DNA of 64,000 nt, taken from Candidatus Eubacterium faecale. Lineage in GTDB: Bacteria > Bacillota > Clostridia > Oscillospirales > Acutalibacteraceae. Under the pieces are notes generated by a model. The model did no database searches. It worked only from the letters and a program-made list of their open reading frames with translations, and was not told where the DNA came from. This document shows, one piece after another, positions 9,401 to 19,312 of the stretch (positions within the stretch are counted from its first letter, which is position 1; every line of letters begins with the position of its first letter). A program made the translations under genes and the position numbers. The stretch covers positions 45,951 through 109,950 of the forward strand of contig DWXN01000005.1 in assembly GCA_019119185.1 (NCBI GenBank). Reading direction: 5' to 3'.

Positions 9401-10669
9401 ATGAACTTGGATACCATATGCGTACAGGGCGCGTATCAGCCGAAAAACGGCGAACCGCGCGTGATACCCATCGTACAGAGCACCACATTTAAATACGATT
9501 CCAGCGATGAGATGGGCGATCTGTTTGACCTTAAGAAGAGCGGCTATTTCTATTCCCGCCTTCAGAACCCCACCTGCGATTACGCCGCCGGCAAAATTAC
9601 CATGCTGGAGGGCGGCTCCGCCGGAATGCTTACTTCCAGCGGGCAAGCGGCAAACTTTTATGCCGTTTTCAACATTGCGCAGGCGGGCGACCACGTTGTT
9701 TCCAGTTCTGCGATCTACGGCGGCACATTCAACCTGTTTAACGTAACGATGCGCAAACTGGGCATCGATTTCACCTTTATCTCCCCCACCGCAAGCGAGG
9801 AGGAGATCCAGGCGGCGATAAAGCCGAACACCAAATGTATCTTTGGTGAAACAATATCCAACCCGAGCCTTGACGTGCTGGATATTGAGACATTTGCAAA
9901 AGTTGCCCATAAAAACGGCATTCCGCTCATTATAGACAACACGTTCGCAACGCCCATCAACTGCCGCCCGTTTGAATTCGGCTGTGATATCGTTACCCAT
10001 TCCACAACCAAATATATGGAGGGGCACGCCTCCACCATCGGCGGCGCAATCATTGAAAGCGGCAAATTCGATTGGGAGCAGAATGATAAATTCCCCGGTC
10101 TCACAACGCCGGATGAAAGTTACCACGGCCTTACCTATACCAAAGCGTTTCCGGACGCGCCGTATATCACAAAATGCACCGTTCAGCTTATGCGTGACCT
10201 CGGCTCCATTCAGGCGCCGCAAAACGCTTTTCTTATTAATTTAGGCTTGGAAACGCTGCACCTCAGAGTGAAAAGGCACTGCGAAAACGCAAAGAAAGTT
10301 GCCGAATATCTGAAAAACAACGATAAGATCACTTGGGTAAAATGCGCAATGCTGGAGGATGACCCGCAGTATGAACTGGCTAAAAAATATATGCCGAACG
10401 GCACCTGCGGCGTTGTTTCATTCGGCATTAAGGGCGGAAGAAAGGCCGCAACGGTGTTTATGGATAGTTTAAGGCTTGCCGCAATCGTTACCCACGTTGC
10501 AGACGCGCGCACCTGCTGCCTGCACCCGGCATCCACCACGCACCGCCAGCTTACGGAAAAAGAACTGGAAGAGGCAGGCGTAACGCCGGATATGATCCGC
10601 TTTTCCTGCGGCATAGAAGATGCGAACGACATCATCGCCGACATCCAGCAGGCGCTTGATAAAATTTAA
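9401..10669 (+). CDS. metY: O-acetylhomoserine sulfhydrylase (Cys/Met metabolism PLP enzyme)
   Basis: YSRLQNPT, TSSGQAA, HSTTKYMEGH (PLP Lys), HVADARTCCLHPASTTHRQL; ATG at 9401 behind AAAGGAG. Confidence 0.9.
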   Translation: MNLDTICVQGAYQPKNGEPRVIPIVQSTTFKYDSSDEMGDLFDLKKSGYFYSRLQNPTCDYAAGKITMLEGGSAGMLTSSGQAANFYAVFNIAQAGDHVVSSSAIYGGTFNLFNVTMRKLGIDFTFISPTASEEEIQAAIKPNTKCIFGETISNPSLDVLDIETFAKVAHKNGIPLIIDNTFATPINCRPFEFGCDIVTHSTTKYMEGHASTIGGAIIESGKFDWEQNDKFPGLTTPDESYHGLTYTKAFPDAPYITKCTVQLMRDLGSIQAPQNAFLINLGLETLHLRVKRHCENAKKVAEYLKNNDKITWVKCAMLEDDPQYELAKKYMPNGTCGVVSFGIKGGRKAATVFMDSLRLAAIVTHVADARTCCLHPASTTHRQLTEKELEEAGVTPDMIRFSCGIEDANDIIADIQQALDKI

Positions 10670-10687
10670 AGTTAATTAAAAACAGCA

Positions 10688-10730
10688 AAAAAAGACTGCA
10701 AACCCTTATTAAAGGGAATGCAGTCTTTTT
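10688..10730 (+). terminator. Intrinsic terminator after metY
   Basis: aaaaagactgca...tgcagtcttttt. Confidence 0.75.
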
Positions 10731-10882
10731 AATATTCATGACTGAATCCGCAACTGCCGCTGGGTATTTGTTCTTTTACTGTTTGAATATGAATAACGCG
10801 GCAATTTTGTTGCTGCTTTTTATTGATTTTTGCCCGATATTCTGTTACCCTATATTAAACCGATCAAAAAAGAGGGAAAACC

Positions 10883-12154
10883 ATGTTTGTTGATATTGCC
10901 AAAATAAAGATCAAGGCGGGCAACGGCGGCGACGGCGCTGTTGCGTTTCACCGCGAAAAATACGTTGCCAGCGGCGGACCGGACGGCGGCGACGGCGGCA
11001 AGGGCGGAGATATTATTTTTGTTGTTGACGACAACCTTGCCACGCTTGCCGATTTCCGCTACAAACGCAAATACACGGCAAAAAACGGTTTGCCCGGCGA
11101 GGGCAGTAAAAAGCACGGCAAAAACGGCGCGGATCTGGAAATTCGCGTGCCGCGCGGCACCATAATAAGGGAAGTTTCAAGCGGCGCGGTAATGGCGGAT
11201 ATGAGCAAAACCGAGCGCTTTATTGCCGCAAAAGGCGGCAAGGGGGGCTGGGGCAACCGCCATTTTGCCACACCCACCAGGCAGGCGCCCCGCTTTGCAA
11301 AGCCCGGAACGCCCGGCGAGGAATGGGAAGTGAGCCTGGAGCTGAAGCTTTTAGCGGACGTTGGGCTGATCGGCTATCCATCTGTTGGCAAATCCAGTTT
11401 GATTTCCGTGGTTTCTCAGGCTAAGCCCAAGATAGCGGATTACCACTTTACCACGCTTTCTCCGAATCTGGGCGTTGTTTATATGGGAGAGGGCAATTCC
11501 TTTGTTATTGCCGATATTCCCGGCCTGATCGACGGCGCAAGTGAGGGCATCGGCCTCGGTCACGAATTTCTGCGCCATGTTGAGCGCTGCCGCCTGCTGA
11601 TCCATATTGTGGACGTAAGCGGATTTGAGGGCAGAGATCCCAAAGCGGATTTTGAAAATATAAATAATGAACTTAAAAAATTTGACCCCGAGCTTGCGGA
11701 AAAGCCGCAGATCGTTGCAGGCAACAAGATCGATATGGCGGAGCCGGAGCAGATAGAGGATTTCAAAGCCTTTATTGAATCGCAGGGGCTGGAATATTAT
11801 TCGATCTGCGCGCCGATCTCTGAGGGCACGCAGGAACTGATGAACGCGGCGTGGAAAAAGTTGCAGACTCTGCCGCCGATCAAAGAATATGCGTCCGAGG
11901 AAATCCCGCTTGAAAGTTTGGTTAAGCAGGATGGGGGCTTTACCATAACCGAACCGGAGAGCGGCACATTTATTGTGGAGGCGCCCTGGTTTCCGCGCGT
12001 GCTTAAGGGTGTGGATACCGAAGATTATGAAAGTCTGCAGTATATGCAGCGCGTGCTGGAAAAAAGCGGAATTTTTGACGCCCTGCGCCAACGCGGAATC
12101 AAAGAAGGAGACACGGTAATCGTATACGATATTGAGTTTGAATATGTGCCGTAA
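10883..12154 (+). CDS. obgE: GTPase Obg/CgtA
   Basis: Gly-rich Obg domain GGPDGGDGGKGG; GYPSVGKS, DIPGL, NKID. Confidence 0.97.
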   Translation: MFVDIAKIKIKAGNGGDGAVAFHREKYVASGGPDGGDGGKGGDIIFVVDDNLATLADFRYKRKYTAKNGLPGEGSKKHGKNGADLEIRVPRGTIIREVSSGAVMADMSKTERFIAAKGGKGGWGNRHFATPTRQAPRFAKPGTPGEEWEVSLELKLLADVGLIGYPSVGKSSLISVVSQAKPKIADYHFTTLSPNLGVVYMGEGNSFVIADIPGLIDGASEGIGLGHEFLRHVERCRLLIHIVDVSGFEGRDPKADFENINNELKKFDPELAEKPQIVAGNKIDMAEPEQIEDFKAFIESQGLEYYSICAPISEGTQELMNAAWKKLQTLPPIKEYASEEIPLESLVKQDGGFTITEPESGTFIVEAPWFPRVLKGVDTEDYESLQYMQRVLEKSGIFDALRQRGIKEGDTVIVYDIEFEYVP

Positions 12155-12160
12155 TGCAAT

Positions 12161-12556
12161 ATGAGATTTACAGATTATGATATAAATGCAAAAGCCCTAA
12201 GCCCTCTGAATCTTGCGTTTATCGGCGACTGCGTTTACGAAATGCTGGTGCGTGAAACGCTGGTGGCAAAAGCGAACCGACCGGTTAACGACCTGCACCG
12301 GGAAAGTGTAAAATTCGTAAGCGCAAAGGCGCAGACAGCGGCTTATGAAAAAATTAAAGATATGCTTACGGAAGAGGAGACCGCGCAGTTTAAGCGCGGC
12401 AGAAATGCCAAAACAGGGCATTCCCCGAAAAGCGCAACCGTTGCCGAGTATCACACCGCAACGGGAATTGAATCTCTTTTCGGTTATCTCTACATAAACG
12501 GCAGGCTTGACAGAATAAAAGAACTTTTTTCAGTCATAGACAATGAAAATGAATAG
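12161..12556 (+). CDS. mrnC: Mini-ribonuclease III
   Basis: LAFIGDCVYE, FKRGRNA, YHTATGIESLFGYLY. Confidence 0.93.
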   Translation: MRFTDYDINAKALSPLNLAFIGDCVYEMLVRETLVAKANRPVNDLHRESVKFVSAKAQTAAYEKIKDMLTEEETAQFKRGRNAKTGHSPKSATVAEYHTATGIESLFGYLYINGRLDRIKELFSVIDNENE

Positions 12557-12557
12557 C

Positions 12558-12592
12558 AAAAAGGCAGGAACGGAAAATCGTTCCTGCCTTTT
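12558..12592. terminator. Bidirectional terminator between mrnC and the GH5 gene
   Basis: aaaaggcaggaacg-gaaaat-cgttcctgcctttt. Confidence 0.8.
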
Positions 12593-12608
12593 CTTATCTA
12601 AATCGTAA

Positions 12609-13871
12609 TTAGTAGATTGCCGCCATTTCCTCTGCGTTGAAAGTAAACGAATCGGTAAAAAGCTCGTTTTGAAGAAAATCAAGTATTTCTTCATAAGACG
12701 CCGTTTTAATGTCAATTCTCTCGGTATCTTTGTTGAATATACCCCACTGCTCACCTGCATTGAAAGTTTTATAAGTCCATTTTGCGGTACTTATACCGTT
12801 ATCTTTATAAAGCATATCGGCATAAGCCTCATATTCACCGTTGTTGTACTCACCAACGAAAACGGCAACGCCCCACTTTTTGCGCATTTTAACCATTTCC
12901 CTGACACGTGAACGTATATCAGACGCCTTGGTATCATAAAGGTGCATCTGATAAAGCATATTTGTATAGCCGTTTTCTTCGGGGTCGGGGAGCACGTCGG
13001 CAGACCATATTCCCTCAAAGCTGATAATATGATTGTCACCCGTTTCCCTTACTGCTTTATAAAGTGTATCGTATGCCGAATTGGTCTTTTCAACTGCCTC
13101 ATCACTTTCAGCCTGCCATGCGTTTTCACCTTCGTATCCGCCGTTATTCTGCGGCTCATTGAGCAAATCATATGCGGCAATAACTTCTTCATCCTTATAA
13201 CGCTCAGCAATGCCTTTCCAAAGTTCAACGCAGGTGTCCATACAGGTATTATCTGTATAAAGCTCATTTCTGCCTGCTTTTCCCGTTGAATGGTTCATGC
13301 TCTGCCCGCCAGGTGCACCGTGCATATCAAGTATGATATATATGTTGCGCTCACGGCACAGTTCTATAAGTCTGTCTATCTGCCTGAAGCCCGGATTATC
13401 GTCAGGGTTTTCGGTTAGCCATTCCCCGTTTTCCGTCATAAAATTCCTGTACCAAAACGGCACACGCACACAATTGAAACCGAGTTTCTCTATCTGCTCA
13501 ATATCTGTTTCGCGGATAAAATTATTTTCATAGGTATTTATAAGTTCGGCTGTTTTCTCTGCCCCGAAACGCTCTGAAAGCACCTCAATTGTATCGTAAT
13601 ATCCCCACTCATCGGAATAGTTTTCAATCCAGCTCATCCATGTTTCGATAAGCAGCCAGTTGCCGAGATTAACACCGTGCAAAACAATCTCATTGCCGTT
13701 TTCATCAACAAGCACACCGTTCTCAACTCTTAACATTCCGCCTAAAAGGTCATTATTTTCCGCATAACGCGAAAGCTCGTAAACAGGTTTTTCAGGCGAT
13801 GAAGCACAGCCGCAGAAAGCAAAAACAACAGCCAAATACAATATCATAATGCGCACAGCATTTCTTTTCAT
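12609..13871 (-). CDS. Glycoside hydrolase family 5, probable lipoprotein
   Basis: GVNLGNWL, NCVRVPF, LDMHGAPGGQ, DLLNEP (acid/base), HLY, FVGEY (nucleophile); lipobox-like FCGC. Confidence 0.88.
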   Translation of the reverse strand: MKRNAVRIMILYLAVVFAFCGCASSPEKPVYELSRYAENNDLLGGMLRVENGVLVDENGNEIVLHGVNLGNWLLIETWMSWIENYSDEWGYYDTIEVLSERFGAEKTAELINTYENNFIRETDIEQIEKLGFNCVRVPFWYRNFMTENGEWLTENPDDNPGFRQIDRLIELCRERNIYIILDMHGAPGGQSMNHSTGKAGRNELYTDNTCMDTCVELWKGIAERYKDEEVIAAYDLLNEPQNNGGYEGENAWQAESDEAVEKTNSAYDTLYKAVRETGDNHIISFEGIWSADVLPDPEENGYTNMLYQMHLYDTKASDIRSRVREMVKMRKKWGVAVFVGEYNNGEYEAYADMLYKDNGISTAKWTYKTFNAGEQWGIFNKDTERIDIKTASYEEILDFLQNELFTDSFTFNAEEMAAIY

Positions 13872-13923
13872 AACAAACACCCCTTTACAATATTATAAAA
13901 AATCAAACACTTGTCCCGATTTT

Positions 13924-13952
13924 ATTATAGACCTAACTTTCAAGGAAATCAA
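13924..13952 (-). promoter_or_regulatory. SigA-type promoter for the GH5 gene
   Basis: TTGATT-17-TATAAT on the minus strand. Confidence 0.6.
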
Positions 13953-14050
13953 GTGCCTAATTAAATCATTATAAACTGAAAAGCAAAGCGCCCGCAGTTA
14001 TGTGCAGGCGCTTCGTTTAAAGGAGTATTATGCCTGAAACAGAAACGTAA

Positions 14051-14239
14051 TCAGCGTTTCTTTTCGGCGTTTTTTGTTTCTTGATCTATATTTCGGCAGG
14101 CGCCGCAAGCGCCCCCGCAGGACGAGCAATCTCCGCCGCAGGAAGATTTGCCGCTTTTTTTGTCTTTGATCATTTTGACGATAACGGCAGCAACGATAAC
14201 CGCAATAACCGCCAAAACAAGAATACTTCCCCAAGTCAT
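14051..14239 (-). CDS. FeoB-associated Cys-rich small membrane protein
   Basis: One TM helix then SCGGDCSSCGGACGAC; directly downstream of feoB. Confidence 0.85.
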   Translation of the reverse strand: MTWGSILVLAVIAVIVAAVIVKMIKDKKSGKSSCGGDCSSCGGACGACRNIDQETKNAEKKR

Positions 14240-14262
14240 AAAAACACCTTATTTCATACGAT

Positions 14263-16674
14263 TTATTTTACAGCGCCTGTTTTCTTTTTGCGCTTTACAT
14301 CCGTATAAGCAAGCCTGTTTTCATCATATTTGTTTTTCCTGAAGATAAGATACAGGAATCCGGCAAGTACGGCGATCGCAAGCACCGTCCAGAAAGAGAA
14401 CGATACGGCGCCCATGATCAGGCCGATGATCTGATATACCATAAGCGAAATGCAGTAAGCAAATACCGTTTGATAGCCGATTGCGATCCAGGTCCACTTT
14501 GCGCTGTTCATCTCCCGTTTGATTGCGCCGATCGCCGCAAAGCACGGTGCGCACAGCAGATTAAAGATCAGGAAAGAATACGCCGCGATGTAGGACATAC
14601 CTTCAAAATCCAAAACGCCGAATACGCCTACAACTTCCTCTTTTGCAACAAGCCCCATAACCGTTGCGATGGTTGCTTTAATGTTATCAAAGCCGAGCGG
14701 CAGGAAGATCCATTTTACAACATCCGCGATCATGCCGAGAACGCTGTTTTCCAGATCCATTTCCAGTTCAAATCCAAATCCGCCGGATGCGGTGGTGCCA
14801 AAATGCGAGCCTGCCCAGATGAAGATGGAGGAAAGCAGAATGATCGTGCCTGCCTTTTTGATGAATGATGAGCCGCGCTCCCACATAGATCTCATAACCG
14901 AACCGAATGTAGGCACGTGGTAGGCCGGCAGCTCCATAACGAACGGCGCCGGGTCGCCGGCAAAAATCTTTGTTTTCTTAAGGATGATGCCGGAGATGAT
15001 GATTGCCGCTATACCTATAAAGTATGCGCTTGGCGCAACCCACCATGCGCCGTGGAAAAGCGCCGTCGCAATCAGGGCAACGATCGGCATCTTTGCGCCG
15101 CAGGGAATGAATGTTGTGGTCATAACCGTCATTTTCCTATCCCTGTCATTTTCTATGGTGCGGCTTGCCATAACGCCGGGAACACCGCAGCCCGTGCCGA
15201 TCAGCATGGGGATAAACGATTTTCCGGAGAGCCCGAATCTGCGGAAGATCCGGTCCATAATAAACGCAACGCGCGCCATATAGCCGCAGCCTTCAAGAAT
15301 AGCAAGAAGAATAAACAGAACCAGCATCTGCGGCACGAAACCAAGTACAGAGCCCACGCCGCCTACAATGCCGTCCAGCACAAGGCTCTTGACCCAGTCT
15401 GTGCAGTGAATCGCGTCAAGCCCGCGCTCCACAAACACCGGAATGCCCGGCACGTAAACGCCGTAATCTTCCGTTGCGGGCACGCTGTCCATCTCAAGCG
15501 CCGCGTCCACCGCCGGAGAGATATCATAGCCCGCTTGCGCAAGTGAATCGGCATAGGAGCCGTAAGCCTCATCAAACGCGGCGTAATCGCCGTCCTCAAT
15601 CGCAGCCTGAATATCGCCTGCGCCGGCAACATCCGCAGCGGCGGCAGCGTCAACCGTGTCCACCACGCTCGGCGTCCAAATATATTCCGCCGCGAATTCG
15701 TTCATTGCGTCATCATAATCGCCCTGCCCGGTCAGATGCCATCCGTCGCCGAACGCGCCGTCATTTGTCCAGTCCGTCAGCACGGTGCCCACCGTGGTCC
15801 AGGAGATATAATACACAAGAAACATTACAACAACAAAGATCGGCAGTGCCAAAAATCTGTTTGTAACTATTTTATCAATTTTATCCGATACCGTCAACTT
15901 GCCTTTTTGCTTGTTTACATAGCAGGAGCCGATGATAGAGGCGATATACTCGTATCTTTCATTCGTGATGATGCTTTCGCTGTCGTCGTCAAACTCAGCC
16001 TCCGCCTCTTTCACGATATCTTCCACATTCGGCAGGCTTTCGCCGGTTTCTGCAATCTTGTCGTCCCGTTCAAAAAGTTTAATGGCGTAAAACCGTTTCT
16101 GCGCCTCGGGCACATTCAGCTGCGCCTCAATACGGGAAAGATAATCTTCTACGCCAACGCTGAACCTGTGCCGGATAGGCTGTTCTGTGCCGGCAGCGGC
16201 AACCACTGCCTCCGCCGCTTTCTTAACGCCCGTGCCTTTCAGGGCGGAGATCTCAACCACCAGGCAGCCGAGCGCCTGCGAAAGTTTTTCCGAATCGATC
16301 TTACTTCCCTGTTTGTTTACCACATCCATCATATTAACGGCAACCACAACGGGCACGCCCAGTTCCAGCAGCTGCGTTGTAAGATAGAGGTTACGCTCCA
16401 GGTTTGTGCCGTCCACAATATTCAGGATTGCGTCCGGCTTTTCATCCAGTATGTAGTTTCTTGCCACAACCTCTTCCAGCGTATAGGGTGAAAGGCTGTA
16501 AATACCCGGCAGGTCGGTTATGGTAACGGACTTGTCGCCCTTCCATTTGCCCTCTTTCTTCTCAACGGTTACACCGGGCCAGTTTCCCACAAACTGATTG
16601 GAGCCTGTGAGCGCGTTAAACAGCGTGGTTTTGCCGCTGTTCGGGTTCCCGGCAAGCGCGATCTTTATAGACAT
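14263..16674 (-). CDS. feoB: Ferrous iron transporter FeoB
   Basis: GNPNSGKTT, VGNWPGVTV, DLPG, NMMD, Gate motifs GTGCGVPG and PCGAK. Confidence 0.96.
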   Translation of the reverse strand: MSIKIALAGNPNSGKTTLFNALTGSNQFVGNWPGVTVEKKEGKWKGDKSVTITDLPGIYSLSPYTLEEVVARNYILDEKPDAILNIVDGTNLERNLYLTTQLLELGVPVVVAVNMMDVVNKQGSKIDSEKLSQALGCLVVEISALKGTGVKKAAEAVVAAAGTEQPIRHRFSVGVEDYLSRIEAQLNVPEAQKRFYAIKLFERDDKIAETGESLPNVEDIVKEAEAEFDDDSESIITNERYEYIASIIGSCYVNKQKGKLTVSDKIDKIVTNRFLALPIFVVVMFLVYYISWTTVGTVLTDWTNDGAFGDGWHLTGQGDYDDAMNEFAAEYIWTPSVVDTVDAAAAADVAGAGDIQAAIEDGDYAAFDEAYGSYADSLAQAGYDISPAVDAALEMDSVPATEDYGVYVPGIPVFVERGLDAIHCTDWVKSLVLDGIVGGVGSVLGFVPQMLVLFILLAILEGCGYMARVAFIMDRIFRRFGLSGKSFIPMLIGTGCGVPGVMASRTIENDRDRKMTVMTTTFIPCGAKMPIVALIATALFHGAWWVAPSAYFIGIAAIIISGIILKKTKIFAGDPAPFVMELPAYHVPTFGSVMRSMWERGSSFIKKAGTIILLSSIFIWAGSHFGTTASGGFGFELEMDLENSVLGMIADVVKWIFLPLGFDNIKATIATVMGLVAKEEVVGVFGVLDFEGMSYIAAYSFLIFNLLCAPCFAAIGAIKREMNSAKWTWIAIGYQTVFAYCISLMVYQIIGLIMGAVSFSFWTVLAIAVLAGFLYLIFRKNKYDENRLAYTDVKRKKKTGAVK

Positions 16675-16749
16675 AATGTTCCTCCTTATGTGCAGGCAAA
16701 CACGTTAGATTTGCCTAACTTATGCAGATAAATTAACGTTGATTCGGAA

Positions 16750-16971
16750 TTATTCCGCCACTTCAATGCTTGCAGCGTCTCCTTTTCTGAGCGAGAGTTC
16801 ATACCCTCTTACGGTTACTTCGATCGGATCGCCCAGCGGCGCCACTTTTCGGATATAAACAGATACGCCCTTGGTAATGCCCATATCCATGATCCTTCTT
16901 TTCAGCGCGCCTTCGCCGTTAATCTTTTTAACGGTAACGGTTGAGCCGATCTTTGCTTCCTTTAAAGTCAT
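16750..16971 (-). CDS. feoA: FeoA
   Basis: RRIMDMGIT, APLGDPIEV, RGYELSLR. Confidence 0.93.
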   Translation of the reverse strand: MTLKEAKIGSTVTVKKINGEGALKRRIMDMGITKGVSVYIRKVAPLGDPIEVTVRGYELSLRKGDAASIEVAE

Positions 16972-16984
16972 TGCAACTCCTCCA

Positions 16985-17194
16985 TTAAACTATGATTTTA
17001 TTTGCAATCGTGCGGCTGATGGCAACACGCGTGCCTTTCACGTTCACGATCAGATTGCCGCCAAGGCTGGATACAACGGTAACATCCGCGCCCTCTACAA
17101 AACCAAGGGATTCAAGGTGATGCCGTGTATCCTCTTTTCCCGTTATCCTGGCAATGGTCTTTTTCTCGCCGAAATCTGCCATGGAAAGAAACAT
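16985..17194 (-). CDS. feoA: FeoA-family protein
   Basis: HHLESLGF, GNLIVNVKGTRVAI. Confidence 0.88.
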   Translation of the reverse strand: MFLSMADFGEKKTIARITGKEDTRHHLESLGFVEGADVTVVSSLGGNLIVNVKGTRVAISRTIANKIIV

Positions 17195-17216
17195 ATTCGC
17201 ATCTCCTTATTATCAT

Positions 17217-17287
17217 GTTAGTTTGCGTTAACATTTGTTAGTTTTAACTAACATCACGGTAAAAAATATCGGTTAGCCCTTACTAAC
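17217..17287. promoter_or_regulatory. Three GTTAG-N6-(C/T)TAAC palindromic operators upstream of feo; a fourth copy at 16704-16719
   Basis: gttagtttgcgttaac 17217-17232, gttagttttaactaac 17237-17252, gttagcccttactaac 17272-17287. Confidence 0.75.
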
Positions 17288-17294
17288 CGATAAA

Positions 17295-17323
17295 ACTATA
17301 CCACAATTCAAAATGGATGTCAA
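17295..17323 (-). promoter_or_regulatory. SigA promoter of the feo operon
   Basis: TTGACA-17-TATAGT with TG extension. Confidence 0.8.
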
Positions 17324-17348
17324 CCTGTTTTTTACATTTTTAGAAAAT

Positions 17349-18131
17349 TCAGAATTGTTTTTTCGGCATATACATACCGCCAACAATCCGGTTCACCAGC
17401 CCGGCGGGCAGGATCTTTTGCAAAACGCAGAATACTTTGTATTTGCCGCCAAGGGTAGCAAGAACAGGCAGGCGCCGTTTCTGCGCGATCTTCACAATCC
17501 CTTCCGCCACCTGTTCGGGGCGCATACCGTTGATCTCGTCATTTTCCATAACTTTTACGCTGCGCGCAATTGCGCCGCCGTATACCTCGTCTCCGGCAAA
17601 ATCCTTTTGGCGCGCCGCCGTGAAGCCCGTTTTCACATCGCCGAGGCGAACGGCGCACACGGATATGCCAAACTGCTTTAGTTCGTTGGAAAGCGCAAGC
17701 GAAACGGATTCCACCGCCGATTTCGTTGCCGAGTAAAAGGACTGAAACGGAATGGAAAATACCGACGCCGCGGAGGAGATAAAGATCACGCGCCCCCGGC
17801 TTTCGCGCAGTTTTGGCAGCGCCGCTTTCGTAACGGCAATATGCGCAAAGAAATTCAGTTCAAACTGCGCGCGGATCTCGCCCATATCGGCAAACTCCAC
17901 GCATCCGGAAACGCCGAATCCCGCATTGTTGATCAGCAGATCGATCTTCTCTATTTTTGAAAACGCAGAATCTATATCAGCCTGATCCGTTATATCGCAT
18001 TTTATGTTTTCCGCTCCCGGCAAATCGCAGTCATGCCGCTGAAGGCAAATGACCTGCCAGCCCTCACGCAAAAGAACGCGCGCCGTTTCTTTTCCTATAC
18101 CGCCCGAAGCCCCCGTAATCACCGCAACCAT
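17349..18131 (-). CDS. Classical short-chain dehydrogenase/reductase
   Basis: TGASGGIG, NNAG, YSATK. Confidence 0.9.
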   Translation of the reverse strand: MVAVITGASGGIGKETARVLLREGWQVICLQRHDCDLPGAENIKCDITDQADIDSAFSKIEKIDLLINNAGFGVSGCVEFADMGEIRAQFELNFFAHIAVTKAALPKLRESRGRVIFISSAASVFSIPFQSFYSATKSAVESVSLALSNELKQFGISVCAVRLGDVKTGFTAARQKDFAGDEVYGGAIARSVKVMENDEINGMRPEQVAEGIVKIAQKRRLPVLATLGGKYKVFCVLQKILPAGLVNRIVGGMYMPKKQF

Positions 18132-18271
18132 AGTCTTTCCTCCGAACCCTCAAAAATGAAAACTTCCTATAAAAGCATGAATCAGATATAATATTTTTTC
18201 ATACCTAAGTATACCACTTACCCGGCGAATTGCAACAAAAAAGATCGGCTTTTATGCCGATCTTTTCAACA

Positions 18272-19312
18272 TTACTCATAATCATAATTCCAGAAAGAGA
18301 CGGAATAAAGCTCGCTGTTTTTAAACCGCAGTTCGGTATGATATCCGTTCATTTTCTCATAAGTATAGACGATAAGATCGCCGTCTGTATAGGTTGAGCC
18401 CCAGGTGATATTCTCTATATCCGAAAATTTGGTAAAACCGTTAAGTTCGCCGAATTTATACTTCTGTTTCTTTTCAAGGGTGTCATATTCCAAAGTGATC
18501 CTGTATATTTCATCGCTGCCGTAATAAGTGTAAATCTCCGCATCCGCAAAAGTATGCAGCACATAGGATTCAATATCCTGATTTGGCATCACTTCCCCGC
18601 CAAGGTAGTAAGCGGCTGTATATATATCCGGCAATAATTCTGTAAGGTCTCTTAAATATTGATTGTCAACAGACATCTTAACCAGTTCCTGATTTGTAAT
18701 ATCCAGCTGCCACATGGCATTTGGGTCACCGGCAGTAACCACAGTTTCAAGATATACATGATTACCCTGAAAAGTTATCGTTCCCTGCCCGGCGTTTCCC
18801 CAGCCGTCATCCTCAAAGGTAAACCTTGCCTTATCCTCATCCGCAACGGCTTTAATATGACTGATCTCTGCTACCCGGTTTGAAGGCGGCGCAGAGATCA
18901 GCGTAAGCGAAAGTTCAAACGAATCGTCAAAATCATCATACGAAAGCAGCCGCAGTTCAATGCCGCCGGTCTCCATAATGCTGCTGCTTGCGGAATTGTC
19001 GGAATCAAAATATACACCCGTATAACTTTCATAATCTATGCCGGAACCGTTTGAAACAGCGCCTTGCGAATTTCCGGAACCCCCGCGTATTGCCGGAACG
19101 CCGTATTTTACAAAAGCAAAAATTCCGGCCGCGATAACTGCCGCGCACAAAATAACAACTACGGCAGCCACGGCTTTTTTGACGGAACCCGCGTTTTTCT
19201 TGTGCTTATGATTTTTCTTTACATTCACCGTTTCAGTAAATCCGGTCATACAGTACGGGCAGAACTGCGCCTCATCCGGCAGTTCTTTACCGCAGTTTGT
19301 GCAATGCTTCAT
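18272..19312 (-). CDS. Zinc-ribbon, single-TM membrane protein with extracellular domain
   Basis: CTNC..CPYC at the N-terminus, Lys/His-rich stretch, TM helix, Gly/Ser linker. Confidence 0.75.
   Translation of the reverse strand: MKHCTNCGKELPDEAQFCPYCMTGFTETVNVKKNHKHKKNAGSVKKAVAAVVVILCAAVIAAGIFAFVKYGVPAIRGGSGNSQGAVSNGSGIDYESYTGVYFDSDNSASSSIMETGGIELRLLSYDDFDDSFELSLTLISAPPSNRVAEISHIKAVADEDKARFTFEDDGWGNAGQGTITFQGNHVYLETVVTAGDPNAMWQLDITNQELVKMSVDNQYLRDLTELLPDIYTAAYYLGGEVMPNQDIESYVLHTFADAEIYTYYGSDEIYRITLEYDTLEKKQKYKFGELNGFTKFSDIENITWGSTYTDGDLIVYTYEKMNGYHTELRFKNSELYSVSFWNYDYE

Noticed and set aside
17336-17350. CodY-like box upstream of feo
   Set aside because: It has two mismatches in an AT-rich stretch overlapping the SDR stop codon, which is expected by chance.
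17349-18131. SDR as a sterol or bile-acid dehydrogenase
   Set aside because: Only generic SDR motifs are visible and nothing in the context supports a specific substrate.
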